Source of the DNA: Octopus sinensis
Taxonomy: Eukaryota
Reading direction: 5' to 3'
Assembly (NCBI RefSeq): GCF_006345805.1
Contig: NC_043000.1
Location: 63,426,001 to 63,490,000 of the forward strand
DNA length: 64,000 nt
A model generated the notes under the pieces. That model did not search any database. It was not told the DNA's origin and saw only the letters and a list, made by a program, of their open reading frames with translations. Position numbers and translations under genes: made by a program. The stretch's first letter is position 1; the number at the start of each line of letters is the position of its first letter. Shown here in pieces: positions 35,181 through 48,230 of the stretch.

Positions 35181-35399
35181 GGTTATCGTTCATGTTCCAT
35201 TCTGACATGGGTTTAAATAGTTTGACATAATCCGATGGGCCTGGAAACTGCATCATGCTCCAATGTCTACTTTGGTTTCTACGGTTGTGCATTCGTAATG
35301 CCAATCACTTTACAGAGTGTATTGGGTGTTTTCTTCGTGGAACCAGCACTATTGTGATCATCACGCAGTATGTAAAACTAAAATGTCCTTCGACAGAGT

Positions 35400-35997
35400 A
35401 GGACTACAGTAGAGATGAAGGGTTGAAGTTATGAGAGAAAGAAAGCCAGAACAAAACAAGTTCTTTGCTGTGAGAAGCAACATGGCAACTCACATTATAG
35501 ACGAGATTATAAGAGTACCAATGTGGAGGTGGAAAAAAAAATAATGCTGCTGAGGTATTAGGGTGAACACTTAAGGTACGAGGTGAATAGGAGCGAGTGC
35601 GAAAAGAATAACCGGAATAGTGGGTGGTTATACGTTGCAAGAGTGTATGGGGAGAGTAAGAGATGATTAGAGATGGGAAATGGATGAGGGGGCGATTGTA
35701 ATAAATGAAGAGCAATTGTTGAGAGATAATTAGTATACTTTGGAGAGTCAGTAAGATAGAATAAGTAGGTGACGACTAGAGATTGGGTAGCTTTGATGGG
35801 TGGAGGTAGTGAATGATGAGTAAGGGTGGGGATGATCAATGATACATATGAGCTGGTGAAGTAAGCCTCACCAGGAAGATAACATCTGCAATATTTCTTC
35901 GGGGCTGGTGGCCAAATTCGATATACTCTGTCATGGATCAATTGTATAATAACTTTTTCCGTGACCTTCATAACATGATCCAGTAGTTTGACTCCAC

Positions 35998-36000
<3 letters not shown>
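35400..36000 (-). mobile_element. RTE LINE remnant
   Basis: GVKLLDHVMKVTEKVIIQLIHDRV (RT domain 1 region) at about 35925-36000, followed by a pyrimidine-rich 3'-UTR-like sequence. Confidence 0.65.
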
Positions 36001-36068
<68 letters not shown>

Positions 36069-36259
36069 ACTCTCACCCTCTCTCTAACACACCACTTTTG
36101 CATTTGTGGCACTTGACAATAACACTGCTATGCCAGTCAATGGCTATGACACCTTCCTGTATAATTTTATTTAGTACCTAGATGGTAATCAAGTAACCTA
36201 CTTTATCAAATATTTCGATTATCTCCGTAACTATCCTTGATGGATCTGAATCTAGGAAA

Positions 36260-36480
36260 AAGATAATAGTAATTTATTGAGGTATTAAGGTGGACGCTCA
36301 AGGTACGAGGTGAGTAGAAATGAATGTCTTTAATCGTTTTATCTATCACGCTGCTATCAACTTGATCTGTTGGTCTCTCTGTAGGATCACCATGAAGTAG
36401 TCCCTCTTTGTCCCAATGCATTTCTCCATGCTCATCAACATCTCATAAAACGCCACTTTCTTGTTCTCAATATCAATAGC
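36260..36480 (-). mobile_element. RTE LINE remnant
   Basis: HWDKEGLLHGDPTERPTDQVDSSVIDKTIKD, the pre-RT region of RTE ORF2. It shares a motif with 35560-35590. Confidence 0.6.
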
Positions 36481-36544
36481 TCAATAGTGATTGTACCTTC
36501 ATCATCCCGAATACACTTCTTACCAATGACATTACGGTATATAT

Positions 36545-37105
36545 ATAGTAATGTTTATATGCCAACATAACGTGGCAGAAAGGAAAAGGATGCTGTTACT
36601 GTTGTTTTAGCCCCAGGAAAACCTATTTCCAGTTGGCTAACGACACACAATCTGTGTCAATATATAGCATTTGCAAGGGAGGTCATCACTCCCATCTCTA
36701 GCCTCATGTGATACTCACAGACCTAGGTTTCTGGATGTTATCCGTCTTCAGTGAGACAATTACCAGCTACTGACGAAAGCTACCTCCGCTCGCAAATACT
36801 ATATATTCTCTAAACGACACACAGTTACTGATTCCGTATCGAGAAAAACAACATGTTTTAAATCTCTGAGAGAAATACAGTAACAGTAAAAGCTAGAGAT
36901 GGAAGCGATGACCTCCCTTGCAAATGCTATATACGAACATAGACTGTGTCTCGTTAGCCAGCTGGAAAAGATGCTTTCCTGGGGCTAAAACAACAGTAAC
37001 AGCATCCTTTACAGGACTCCCACGTTATGGTGGCTAATAAATATTACTATCCGATACTGTTACTGTTTTCCTCTCGCTCAGAGATTTAAAACATGCTATT
37101 TTTCT
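36545..37105. mobile_element. PLE-type terminal structure with overlapping inverted repeats
   Basis: 36545-36702 is inverted at 36892-37049. 36841-36888 is inverted at 37054-37105. A third partial copy lies at about 57370-57482. Confidence 0.8.
36714..36757 (-). ncRNA. Minimal hammerhead ribozyme
   Basis: GUCUCA-CUGAAGA-C-GGAU-AAC-AUCC-A-GAAA-C-CUAG-GUC-UGUGAG. Stem III is palindromic (ACCUAGGU) and the triplet is GUC. There is a C.A pair at the stem II base and one mismatch in stem I. Confidence 0.7.
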
Positions 37106-37539
37106 TTATATATATATATATATATCGTCTTGGTTTAAAAGCCCTCACCGTTTGTATTTACTGTCTTGTTCTCACTGCCCTGTTTTGTTACCACTTTCAC
37201 CCGCAAAAAATCCCAAATTTTATTTAATTTGCTTTGCGGGAAGGACTGTTTTAACGAAGTCGCGTATTGTCCTTACCTTCTAAACGCGGTTTAGATGAAA
37301 CAGGAGACAACTGATGAAGGGGATATTCTTTATGTTGCTTAACTGATTATTTCTAGATCAGCATCTTAATTGGTTTTGTTTTATAACATACTTGTGCGCT
37401 CACTGGCACACATACACACAGAAATATACGAACACACATGTACATACACACGTACGAATTTTCCACTCCATTATAATGCACTTTGTGAATCAACTATATA
37501 ATTAATAGAAAAATAAATTTAATATATTTATTTGGCAAA

Positions 37540-37770
37540 GTTGCGAGCTGGCGGAATTGTTAGCGCTCCGGGAAAAACGCTTAGCGCCATTTCATCTGTT
37601 TTTATGTTTTGATTTCAAATTCCGCTGAGGTCGACTTTGCCTTTCATCCTTTCGGGGTAGATAAATTAAATACCAGTTACGCACTGGGGTCGATGTAATC
37701 GACATAATCCCTTTGTCTGTCCTTGTTTGTCCCCTCTATGTTTAGCCCCTTGTGTGCAATAAAGAAATAA
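37540..37770 (+). mobile_element. SINE-A1
   Basis: Diverged head with a well-conserved body and A1 tail. Confidence 0.88.
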
Positions 37771-38323
37771 GAAACATATGGGAGCTGTAATTTCCCCTTC
37801 TCCTCCCCTTCAGGACACCGTGACGAACCAAAACCAATGCCAAATTAGATAAACCATTTTAACTACATCCGCAGACCTTCGTCCATCAATACCTCTATTC
37901 CCAATCCTCATAATAACATGCAAACTACATATCTTATTCCATTGCGATGCACAGACAGCCTTTGAACTTCTACCCTTAACCCATTCCTTTTATCGAGTAA
38001 CACTTTATTTTCGATTGCATTTTGAAATATGGTGCTTGCGATTACATAGGATCCTACGATTCACTTCTTTTGCCTGCATATTACCAACAAGCACTTCCAT
38101 TTAATCTGGTTTAGTCTTCTTTCCCAGTAACTCTCGTCCTCTCTCTCTCTCTCTCTCTCTCTCCCTCTATCTTTGACTTAGTCTCTCTGACTTAGTCTTT
38201 CTCTTTCCCTCTCTCTGTCTCTCTCTGTCAGTCTGTCTGTCAATCAGTCTGTCTGACTCCCTCTCTTTCTCTCTCTCTCTGGCTTAGTCTTCCTTTCACC
38301 CTCTCTCTGTGTCTGTTTGTCTG

Positions 38324-38361
<38 letters not shown>

Positions 38362-40047
38362 TAACACGTTTGAGTTCGTCAGCTTTCTATATCCGAACTC
38401 CTCTGACCACTACCAGCTGTCTAACTATAGTAATTCACAGTGACTTCACTACACACCTTTCTCCAGTACTTGACATTCTTCTAGGAGAGACTAAATTGTC
38501 TGCTGTTCTGAACTGTCTATGCCATCAATATCCCCACCTGCACCAATCATATCAACTCTTCAAACATGCTTTATCCTTTCTTGTCTATAAAACTAACTTT
38601 TAATCTTCCACCACAGTCTCTCAACTTCAGATCCTCTGCCTTAAACCTCAGACAGGTGGAGTTAGTAATAATGGTGTTAATTATGATGGTTGAAAAAATG
38701 TCTGTGATAATAACAGCAGGGAATTTTTTGTGTTATAAAGGATGACGTTGGCTGTTCTACCAGATTTTCCTTGACTGAACTGACTTATGACTAAAAGCAT
38801 TACAGCTATTGCATCGATTTTATTTTCAGATAGAGTATATCTAGGATTATATTATCTAGTGTGTCATGTTGTGGTTAAGATAGTGAAGTGTGACTCAAGG
38901 GAGAGTTTTTGTTACTTCCAGTTATTCGATTGATCACTTAAAGGCGATTTCTTTTCGCTTTTAGAATCCATATAGGATAATTAGTAATATATTCAAGTGA
39001 ATATAAGAAAGAATATTTACAACCTGATTGGTTCCACTTGACAGCTGTCGTTAAACAAACAAAGTTACTGGTTGTCATTCACATTTATCGAAGTTTCAAG
39101 TTTTTACTTTTGCTATTAATCTTCCGACTCCTCTATTTCTTAAACTATCAAGCGCGAGATTGGCAAAATTATTAGAGCCCTCTACGATTTGAATTAAAAT
39201 TCCGCCGGTGATCTTTATTTTTCGCTTTTCGGAAATCGTTAAAATAAAGTTTCAATTCAAATACCGAAGAAGATTGAATATTCACATACAAGATGTGAAT
39301 GGGATTAAATAAACGACGATAAGACATTTCTGATACTTCCTTAAGTAACCAATGGAGAGGACGGAAAACGCCAATAATACAGGAAAGGATTTTTTTTTTT
39401 CTCTTACAAAGATTTATATTTTACTTAGAGTTGATTAGTTGACATCGGTGAGAATGGAGGGCTGTGTATTCTGAACATTTTTGCATTTCGTTTATTTGTT
39501 TCGATGCGACTTTCCATAGAATATAAAAACATACAGACGCCCCAAACTAAAAATTTCTATGAAAAATATACAGAGATACATGAATTTATATAATTCAAGC
39601 ATATGAATTAAAGATATATTAATTATATATACTAACAGTATCCATGGATATTCTATGCTTATTTTGAAAACTATAAGATTGTTGGAACATGAAATTACAT
39701 GATGTCTTAAAATTTTTCTGAATGACTTGCTTCTTGAGACGGTGTAAAGTCTGTAAAGATAGTTTTGAATTTGTAGTCGTATGAGAGAAGGTATTTAAAA
39801 ATTATGTTCTTTGTTATATTCATATCTCCTATTCTACCTTGAGACTTGTTATTATTTTTATCTTTGCGTCTAGCAATAAAAATCTCAATAATGGAAATAA
39901 ATCGAAGACACGACCTATTTGTAATATTACTAGCAAAACCGTGGAAATTCTATGCTTTTTTTTTAAATTGTAGGATAGAAATGTATATTTTTCTGAAGCG
40001 TTTGATTCTTGAAATGGTATAAATGTCCACATAGGTAGTATAGTATC

Positions 40048-40200
40048 AATCAATCCATCTATCTTCTGCGCCCATTATTCCTGAGAGTGTTGCGGGGATA
40101 GAGTCCTCAGGCACCTCCTCCATAGGGTCCTATCAGAGGCAACCATCAATCAACTTTCCTCATATTCGTGAGTCCAATACAAATACGCGCTTGGTGCTTG
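40048..40200 (-). mobile_element. RTE (Expander-like) LINE 3' end
   Basis: LMVASDRTLWRRCLRTLSPQHSQE*, followed by ..AGAAGATAGATGGATTGATTGA. Confidence 0.6.
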
Positions 40201-40775
40201 GCGCGAATAAGACCACCACATGCTGCAATATGAAAAGGGTTAAAAAAAACAATAGCCGTATCAACTTGTTCTGGGAGGTGTAGATTGGGTGCACAAAGGA
40301 TTTGTGTCCCAGGATCTTGAAGCGGATACGGGAAGGAACAACCGTTAGTGTTAAGTTGCATTGAAGGCCCAATCTCAAAAAACAACTCTCAAACAACATC
40401 TCTATATTCATACGTCTTCTATTTTGTAAATTATCTTTTATATTTCACTTTACGTGAGGTAAACAATTTTAACTATGGAGCAAAATGGAAGACATTATCT
40501 CTAACATTAATCTGCTACTATTCGTTCGTTAAATTATAACAAATCTTAATACAGTTATTTGGAGAAAAAATGCTATAAAAACCCCTTACTCGATTGAGCA
40601 GACGATAATTAATTGCACAAAAGCGCTTGGTAAAATGATGGGCAGTATAAGAAAAACACAGAAAAAGAGTTGCTTAATAAATATCCCATCTGGCATGACG
40701 ACCACCACCTGCACCACCATATTTATGAGAAACAAGGCTTAGTTATTTATCAGTCAAGATTATTTTCATTTCAGT

Positions 40776-40898
<123 letters not shown>

Positions 40899-41537
40899 CT
40901 CTGACAATAAGGATATGTAAACCTAATAAAGAAATAATTAAAAACACTAAATAAGGATCACAGCTTTTGAGCTGGTATTTCAGTTTAAGTGCCTAGCGAT
41001 ATATTTCACCATCCATCTTTTCTCTTCCATTCGTCGGTGTTACCATGTGGATAAGTGGCTATGTCGAAGCTGCGTTTCCTTCGGTAAACACAATTACACC
41101 CATTCTCTCTCTCTCTCGCTTGCTCTCTCTCTCTCTCCTTTCACCCAAATCATATTACCCTGCGCTAAACATGTTCAGTTTTTCTTCCTCCTTTTCCCTA
41201 ACTCTTCCTTCGACTGACAGACCTGATGACTGCGAAACGAACTTTTTAACCATTCTTTCAAAATGTTGCTGCTGTTATTGTTTTACCACAAGGCAAATTT
41301 TATTGAGCATTCATGTTTTGACCGCCTTATATTTTCTGCAGGATGTAATTTGAGGCTGAATTGGCTACAATTTCTCGAAAGTAGAGCGATTCTAGAGACG
41401 TTTCCTCATTGACTAATGATCCTTAGTATTTTGTGTATGTATTTGCTTATAACTGGATCTTCATGTACAACTATTTGTGCCAGCAAATTTAAAATGTATT
41501 ATTTTATAAAATTTGAAATAATATATTGTTATATAAT

Positions 41538-41715
41538 ATTGATTTCAAATTTTGGCACACGGTGAGCAAGTCTAGAGGAAGGGTAATTCGATTTAATCGA
41601 CCTCCCCCACCCCAGTGTTCAACTGGAGCTTATTTTATTGACCCCGATAGGATGAAAGACAAAGTCGACCTATTCGGAATTTGAACTCAATACGTAAAGA
41701 CAGACGAACTGCCAT
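41538..41715 (-). mobile_element. SINE-A2, ending at mariner copy 2
   Basis: A2 tail and body in reverse complement. The head is missing at the mariner boundary. Confidence 0.75.
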
Positions 41716-41722
41716 ACTGTTA

Positions 41723-43009
41723 CGAGGGGCGTTCAATAAGTAATGCCCCTGACCCACTTCCCATAGCAGTAGAGCAACGAAACTTGGCATAGTTATTAGT
41801 CTTTTTCTGCATAGGAACCACCCAGAGTTACGCATTTCTCCCATCGTTTGATGCAGCTCTGGAGACCGTTTTTGTAGAAGACCCCAGCTTGGTCCTCCAA
41901 CCACGACGTGACTTCAGAAATCAAGGCTGCATCATCAGGGAAACGCTTTCCTTTCAAAAACAACTTCATGATTGGGAAGAGGTGAAAATCAGAGGGTGCA
42001 AGGTCAGGAGAGTAGGGAAGATGGGAGAGGAGTTCATAGCCTGTGCTTCTGATCTGGTGACACGCGAGTTGTGGACCGGAGCGTTGTCCTGCAGGAGGAG
42101 GATGCCTTTGCTGATCTTGCCCCGCCTCTTGATTTTGATAGCTTCTCTTAATTTCCTCAAAAGTGAAGCATAATAGGCTCCTGTAATTGTGGTACCCTTT
42201 GCCAGGAAATCTGTCATCATTACTCCGTCCTGGTCCCAGAAGACTGTGAGCATGACCTTGCCAGCGAAGGGCTGCACCCTTGCTTTCTTTGGAGGAGGTG
42301 AGTCACGGTGCTTCCACTGCATTGACTGGGCTTTAGTCTCTGGATCATAGTGATGGACCCAGGTTTCATCCTGTGTAATCAGTCTTTTGAAAAATTTTGA
42401 CTCATCTTCTTGGCACATCTCCAAATTCATCCTCGAGCACTTGACGCGTTCTTGCTTCTGGAAAGGTGTGAACAACCTGGGAATCCATCTAGCAGACACC
42501 TTTTGCATATGCAAATGGTCATGAATGATAGTTTCCACATACCTGGTACTAATCTTGACCTGATGGGCTATTTGGCGAATTGTTATGCGTCGATCTTCCA
42601 AAATGGCAGCCTCAACTTGATGGACAGATGCCTCATTAATGGCAGAAGAGGGGCGACCAGATCTGGAAGCTGTTTCCACAGAGTTCCGACCATGTTTGAA
42701 TTCACGATGCCAGCGTTTTACAAGGTCATATGATGAGGCATCATCACCATAAGTTACTTTCATTTCATCAAAAGTCTCCTGTGGTGTGCATCCTTTCAAA
42801 TACAAAAACCGGATTACTGCTCGACACTCAACAGGCTCCATTTCACACTTGACTCAGTTCAAACACCTGTAAATCAGAAACCACAATTAGTTCAAAGCTG
42901 TAATTTGTCACTTAATCTATAGAGATATAAATAATTGCACATGCAAAAATTTCAGCTAGATCAAACAACTGCAAGAGTGTCAGGGGCATTACTTATTGAA
43001 CGTCCCTCG
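41723..43009 (-). mobile_element. Mariner (irritans/Himar1-like, DD34D), copy 2
   Basis: Same TIR family as copy 1, TA TSD, 1287 bp. Confidence 0.97.
41796..42841 (-). pseudogene. Mariner transposase, copy 2
   Basis: Open from MEPVEC through LQDNAPVH. A 7-nt deletion at AQAYGYE frameshifts away the third D. Confidence 0.93.
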
Positions 43010-43035
43010 TATATAATATTAAAATATTATATATT

Positions 43036-43447
43036 TATTTCTTTATTATTCACAGGGAGCTAAACATAGAAGGGACAAACAAGGACAGACAAAGGGATTA
43101 AGTCGATTGCATCGATCCCAGTGCGTAACTGGTACTTATTCAATCGATCCCGAAAGAATGAAAGGCAAAGTCGACATCGACGGAATTTGAACTCAGAACG
43201 TAACGGCAGACGAAATACCTGTTTCTTTATTACCCACAAGGGACTAAACATAGAGGGGACAAACAAGGACAGACAGAGGGATTAAGTCGGTTACATCGAC
43301 CCCAGTGCGTAACTGGTACTTAATTTATCGACCCCAAAAAGATGAAAGGCAAAGTCGACCTCGGCGGAATTTGAACTCAGATCGTAACGGCAGACGAAAT
43401 ACGGCTACGCATTTCGCCCGGCGTGCTAACGATTCTGCCAACTCGCC
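43036..43447 (-). mobile_element. SINE-A1 head-to-tail dimer
   Basis: The junction reads AAAGAAACA|GGTATTTCG on the minus strand (43219/43220), the same breakpoint as 25993-26401. Confidence 0.92.
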
Positions 43448-43753
43448 AGGCAAAAGGTCAACGAAGAGGAGAATGGAATATTATGTCCTCTAATTCTTTT
43501 TCAAGAGCATTACAGGGAGGTTAATCTACATTTAGGCTTCACATATATCAAGTGACAACAGAATGTTTAGTGGTCCAGCATTTCCCCCTTCAACACTGTA
43601 AAATCATTTCATTGTATTAGACTAGCAACATAAAAACAAAAGAAGACCAAATTCTGAATTCCATCCAGCATTTGATGAATCAGATTTATTTCTCTGCGCT
43701 TATTTATTATTTACAAACTTGCCGGTATGTATCGATTTACTCATCTGTCCTAC

Positions 43754-43882
43754 TTTAAAAAGAGTATGGGTAACCGTGTTGCTGGGGCACTGGTCAATCA
43801 TCCAAGAGATAGGGAAGTAAATATGGAAGTATACTCTGTCACCGTCAATCTCTCTCTGGTTAATATTTGCCCTGGCTCTAAG
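43754..43882 (-). CDS. Candidate 129-bp exon (unidentified)
   Basis: Acceptor GTCTATTTACAG and weak donor AAA|GTAGGA. Frame LRARANINQREIDGDRVYFHIYFPISWMIDQCPSNTVTHTLFK. Confidence 0.25.
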
Positions 43883-46226
43883 CTGTAAATAGACACCACA
43901 GTATATGAGCAACTAACCAACGTAGGCAGCGAATGGTACGGCCGATAGAGCATCAATATTCAATCTTTCGGAGATGATGAGTATAGTACACGTTTAAGGC
44001 TATGGACTGGGACTAGAAGAATCGTCAGATAGGATGATTTGCAGTATTTGTTCCAGCCCTTTGCACTCTGTGTTGAAATCTTGCCATGGCATTTCTTGGG
44101 TGGTAGACTTAACCCGTCGCCCGTTTAACACTACACCTAGTCCTCAAATGCCTTTAGTGGAGTTGGTTCACTCTATTAAAAGGGGAAGGTCCGCGGTTTG
44201 AAGATACATTCCTCTCTTCCACTAAACCCACAAGTTCTGTAAAGGATTACGGTCACCACCTGCCCTCCTAAGCGATATGAAACCAACAGCTTCATTCTAA
44301 AGCCGACGAGAGTTTTCTTGACTTGCAGTTCTCAATTAAAAATCTTTCTACAGGAAAAGCCATCTCTTTAGAATAGCATACTGTTCAATGAAAGAGTCGT
44401 CTCTTAACAACGTTGGTAGCGGAGATAATCTGTGGACCACGGAGGTTTGTGAAAATACATTCATCTTCCTTTGAAAGTAAATACATCTCTGTCAGCTTGA
44501 TTTCCGCAATTGTATCTCCTGGTGTTTCTCTTAAATACTACCTCCACTAAACTTGCTGCTTCTTTATTGATTTTCGCTCCCATTTCATTGATTGACTTGT
44601 GTTCATCTATCGATTTATTTTCCCTACTCATAGTAGAATGTCAATAGATGTCTTCTATTTACTACATTCACCAACAGCCTGAAACTAACCACAAGCGTTA
44701 AAGTAAAAATATCTAATTGCTTTGGCTCTCTGACTTGCAGTTTGTTTGTTATTCACATTTTGTGGCCTTTTATGGACAGGAGGAATCCTTTTTTCTTTCT
44801 CTTTATTGTTTTAAAGCTCCTTCTACCACAAAATTGACGCTGAGGCTATCTGTCCCGCCAATTAGCCTTTTTAAAGCAAATTCGTTTCCGTGCATAGTCT
44901 GCCAATCTTTTGCTGTAGTTATTATGTTGGTGTATAATAACGATTTAATGGAGGAACGCAGGAAGCTTAAGACATATAAGAATGACAAAATTAAGAGTTG
45001 TATTTTTATAAAATATATTGTTGTTGTTACTACTTCTGGTTTTTAACTCAAGATCAACCCAATCAATCAGGCCTGTGATTAAAGGAGTTACAACTGTGAC
45101 TACCCCATCACTTTTCCTGGTATCTTGTATCATGGATACAAAATCTGTCCTTTAGTTTGATTAAGTCGGTTGTGTGTGAGTTGAAGGAAATTTCGCCGCT
45201 AGTTCTAATAGATTGACTGCATAAAGGCAACATGGTTAAGCTTCTAAATAGAGTGTTCGAAGCAAATAAAGTGAGACAGGTTCAGATCGCGACCTTAGTT
45301 TTTTGGGGCTTACTTTTTACCAACTATACGACATATTATTTACTAATATTAGTTGTGTGCGTCTAGCACTCTACTAGTCCATTCTCCCAAAATGCACACC
45401 ACAGGTAATTAGCTGCAATAGTACTTTCGCTGTCTGAATTTCATGCAAATACTGCATGTCGATTAGTTTGCTGAGCTATGATATACTTTAATATCTCTGT
45501 ACATCCTGGAAACACTGACAGGCCGTTTAGTTAGTTGAATAATGAATAGAAATGCTTGCACACCATCGATGTATAATATGCGTGTACGAGCATGTGTGTA
45601 TGTATGTATTTATGCATGTATGTAGGTATGTTCAATATCCGTTTGTATGTGGGTTTGTGTGTGTGCACGCGCGCGTTTGTGTGTGCATGGATGAATTTTA
45701 TAAACGTATATGTTATATATACCTATGTGTTATAATACATATATATTATATAACATACATACATATATACATGCACTGACACGTGCGTGCACAAAAAACA
45801 CACACACACATGTATACACACGCACATTCATACTACGTGTGTTTGCAGATATATGCTTGAGAATAAATATTTTTTAAAATTATTTATTAAATTCTAAAAA
45901 CGAACATGCATTTTATTCAATTAATCCCTTTCAATATAGTTTACCACAAGTAATTAACTATAAAACTGAATATTTATGACCCATGGATTTTCCATGGGTA
46001 CTCACTTGTAAATATATTAATAGGATCCTTTTGTTTCGATAAAACAACCTAACAACTGGATATTGTAGAATTTGTACATTTCCCAAGAGTAATATTGCAG
46101 TATATCCACAACATGCTTACAACGAGAAACTGAAATTAATGTTTGATAGCTTACTTACTCTCCTTCTGGCATGCTTTTAGCTTGAATTTTACTTTTTATC
46201 TTTACTTTTATATTATACGTTTCAGT

Positions 46227-46486
46227 GTGGAGACGCGTGGCTTAGTGGTTAGGGTGTCAGTACCATGATCGTAAGATTGTGGTTTCGATTCCTGGACCGA
46301 GTGATGCGTTGTGTTCTTGAGCAAAACACTTCATTTCACGTTGTTCTAGTCCACTCAGCTGGCAAAAATGAGTAACGCTGCGATAGACTGGCGTCCAGTC
46401 CAGCTGGGGAACACATACGCCATAGAAACCGGGAAACCGGGCCCATGAACCTGGCTAGGCTTTAAAAGGGCGCTTTTATTATTATT
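46227..46486 (+). mobile_element. SINE-C1, full length
   Basis: Perfect 16-bp TSD TATTATACGTTTCAGT at 46211-46226 and 46487-46502. Confidence 0.93.
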
Positions 46487-46559
46487 TATTATACGTTTCA
46501 GTCATTGGGCAGAGGGCATGTTGGGGCAATACTTTGATTGAAGGGTTTTGTCTCGAGAT

Positions 46560-46560
46560 G

Positions 46561-46599
<39 letters not shown>

Positions 46600-46820
46600 T
46601 GTGTGTGTGCGGGGAGAAGTGTCTGTGTTTGTCCCCCCACCAACGTTTGACGTCCGGTGTTGGTGTGCTAGCGTCCCTGTAACTTAGCGGTCCGGCAAAA
46701 GTGACTGATAGAATAAGTACCGAGCTTAAAAAGAAAATAAGTACTTGGGTCGATGAGTTCGACCAAAAATTCTGGAGCACCACCAAAAGGTGGTGCTCCA
46801 GCATGACCGCAGTCTGCTGA
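46560..46820 (+). mobile_element. SINE-B 3' half
   Basis: (TG)n, then TTTGTCCCCCCACC..GGTGCTCCAGCATGACCGCAG. Confidence 0.85.
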
Positions 46821-46889
46821 AATTTGTATGTATGTATATATGTATGTATGCATAAATTTATGTATGTTTGTATAGATGGATGTAATAAA

Positions 46890-47002
46890 CCTGGTATTAA
46901 CACTATCGGTCTCTTTTGCCAAACCAGTAGGCTACGTGGGCGTAAACAAACCAATACCGGTTGTCAGGCGGTGATGGAAGACAAAAATAACATAAATAGA
47001 CA

Positions 47003-47046
<44 letters not shown>

Positions 47047-47220
47047 ATTATATATATACGACGAGATTCTTTCAGTTTCCGTCTACCAAATCCACTCATA
47101 AGGCTTTGGTCGACCCTGAAGCTATTGTAGAAAACACTTGACCGAGTGCCACTTAGTGGTACTGAATCTAAGACCACGTAGTAGGGAAGCAAGTTTTTTA
47201 ACCACACAATCACGCCTGGG
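46890..47220 (-). mobile_element. SINE-B, 3'-truncated
   Basis: Head, microsatellite and part of the 3' half in reverse complement. Confidence 0.85.
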
Positions 47221-47517
47221 GCCAATTTCTGCAAATTTGAGATGAATCTACATAGTTTACTTGAATGCTTTGAAGTATTTAATTTCCTTCCTTATCTTTG
47301 TACGTTCAACCCCTATCAAACTATCTCTTTTGTCTTTCATCCCCTGCTAACCTGCTGTTATTGTGTTATACACCCCTCCTCACCGCTACCTATTTTCAGC
47401 CCAGCACTCAAGGAAATGTCTACCTGGTTGCTTGACTTATTAGTAATAATTGCTAAACGTCCTTCAAATTACACCCTTTCCTCTTCATATGGTGGAATAC
47501 ATAAAATTAGGTACATA

Positions 47518-47717
47518 GGCGTAGGAGTGGCTGTGTGGTAATTAGCTTGTTTACCAACCACATGGATCCGGATTCAATCTCACTACGTGGCACCTTGGTC
47601 AATTGTCTTTTACTATAGCCTGGGGTCGACCAAAGCCTTGTGAGTGGATTTGGTAGACGGAAACTGAAAGAAGCCCGTTGTATATATATATCTATATATA
47701 TATATATATATATATAT

Positions 47718-47754
<37 letters not shown>

Positions 47755-47960
47755 TGTGTGTCTGTGTTTGTCCCCCCAACATCGCTTGACAACCGATGTT
47801 GGTGTTTACGTCACCGTAACGTAGCGGTTCGGCAAAACGGACCGATAGAATAAGTACTAGGCTTACAAAGAATAAGTCCTGGGTCAATTTGCTCGACTAA
47901 AGGCGGTGCTCCAGCATGGCCACAGTCAAATAACTGAAACATGTAAAAGAGTAAAAAGAG
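47518..47960 (+). mobile_element. SINE-B, full length
   Basis: Head, (TA)n(TG)n, 3' half and TAAAAGAG tail. Confidence 0.92.
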
Positions 47961-48144
47961 ATACACACACATACACACATATATATATACACATACATAC
48001 ATACATACATACATACATACATACATACATACATACATACATGCATACATACATACATACATACATACATACATACATACATACAGACAGACAGACAGAC
48101 ATATACCATACATGCACATATACACACTCCTACACATTCCATAC

Positions 48145-48230
48145 CTACCATATCTGATGAGCACAGTTATTAGATAACGATCCAGTAATCTAATATCCGG
48201 TGTGAAACCGATTAGTAAGTTCGACTGTAA
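48145..48230 (+). ncRNA. Decayed hammerhead ribozyme related to the 1.8/3.0-kb family
   Basis: CUGAUGA (48154-60)-GCAC..GUGU-GAAA (48204-07)-CCGAUUAGUA-AGUUCGACUGUAAUG, compared with GAAACCGAUUGGUAAGAUCAGCCGUAAUG. Stem I does not pair well. Confidence 0.55.

Noticed and set aside
37305-37340. CTGATGAAGGGGATATTC as a hammerhead
   Set aside because: There is no downstream stem II partner or GAAA; at most a truncated relic.
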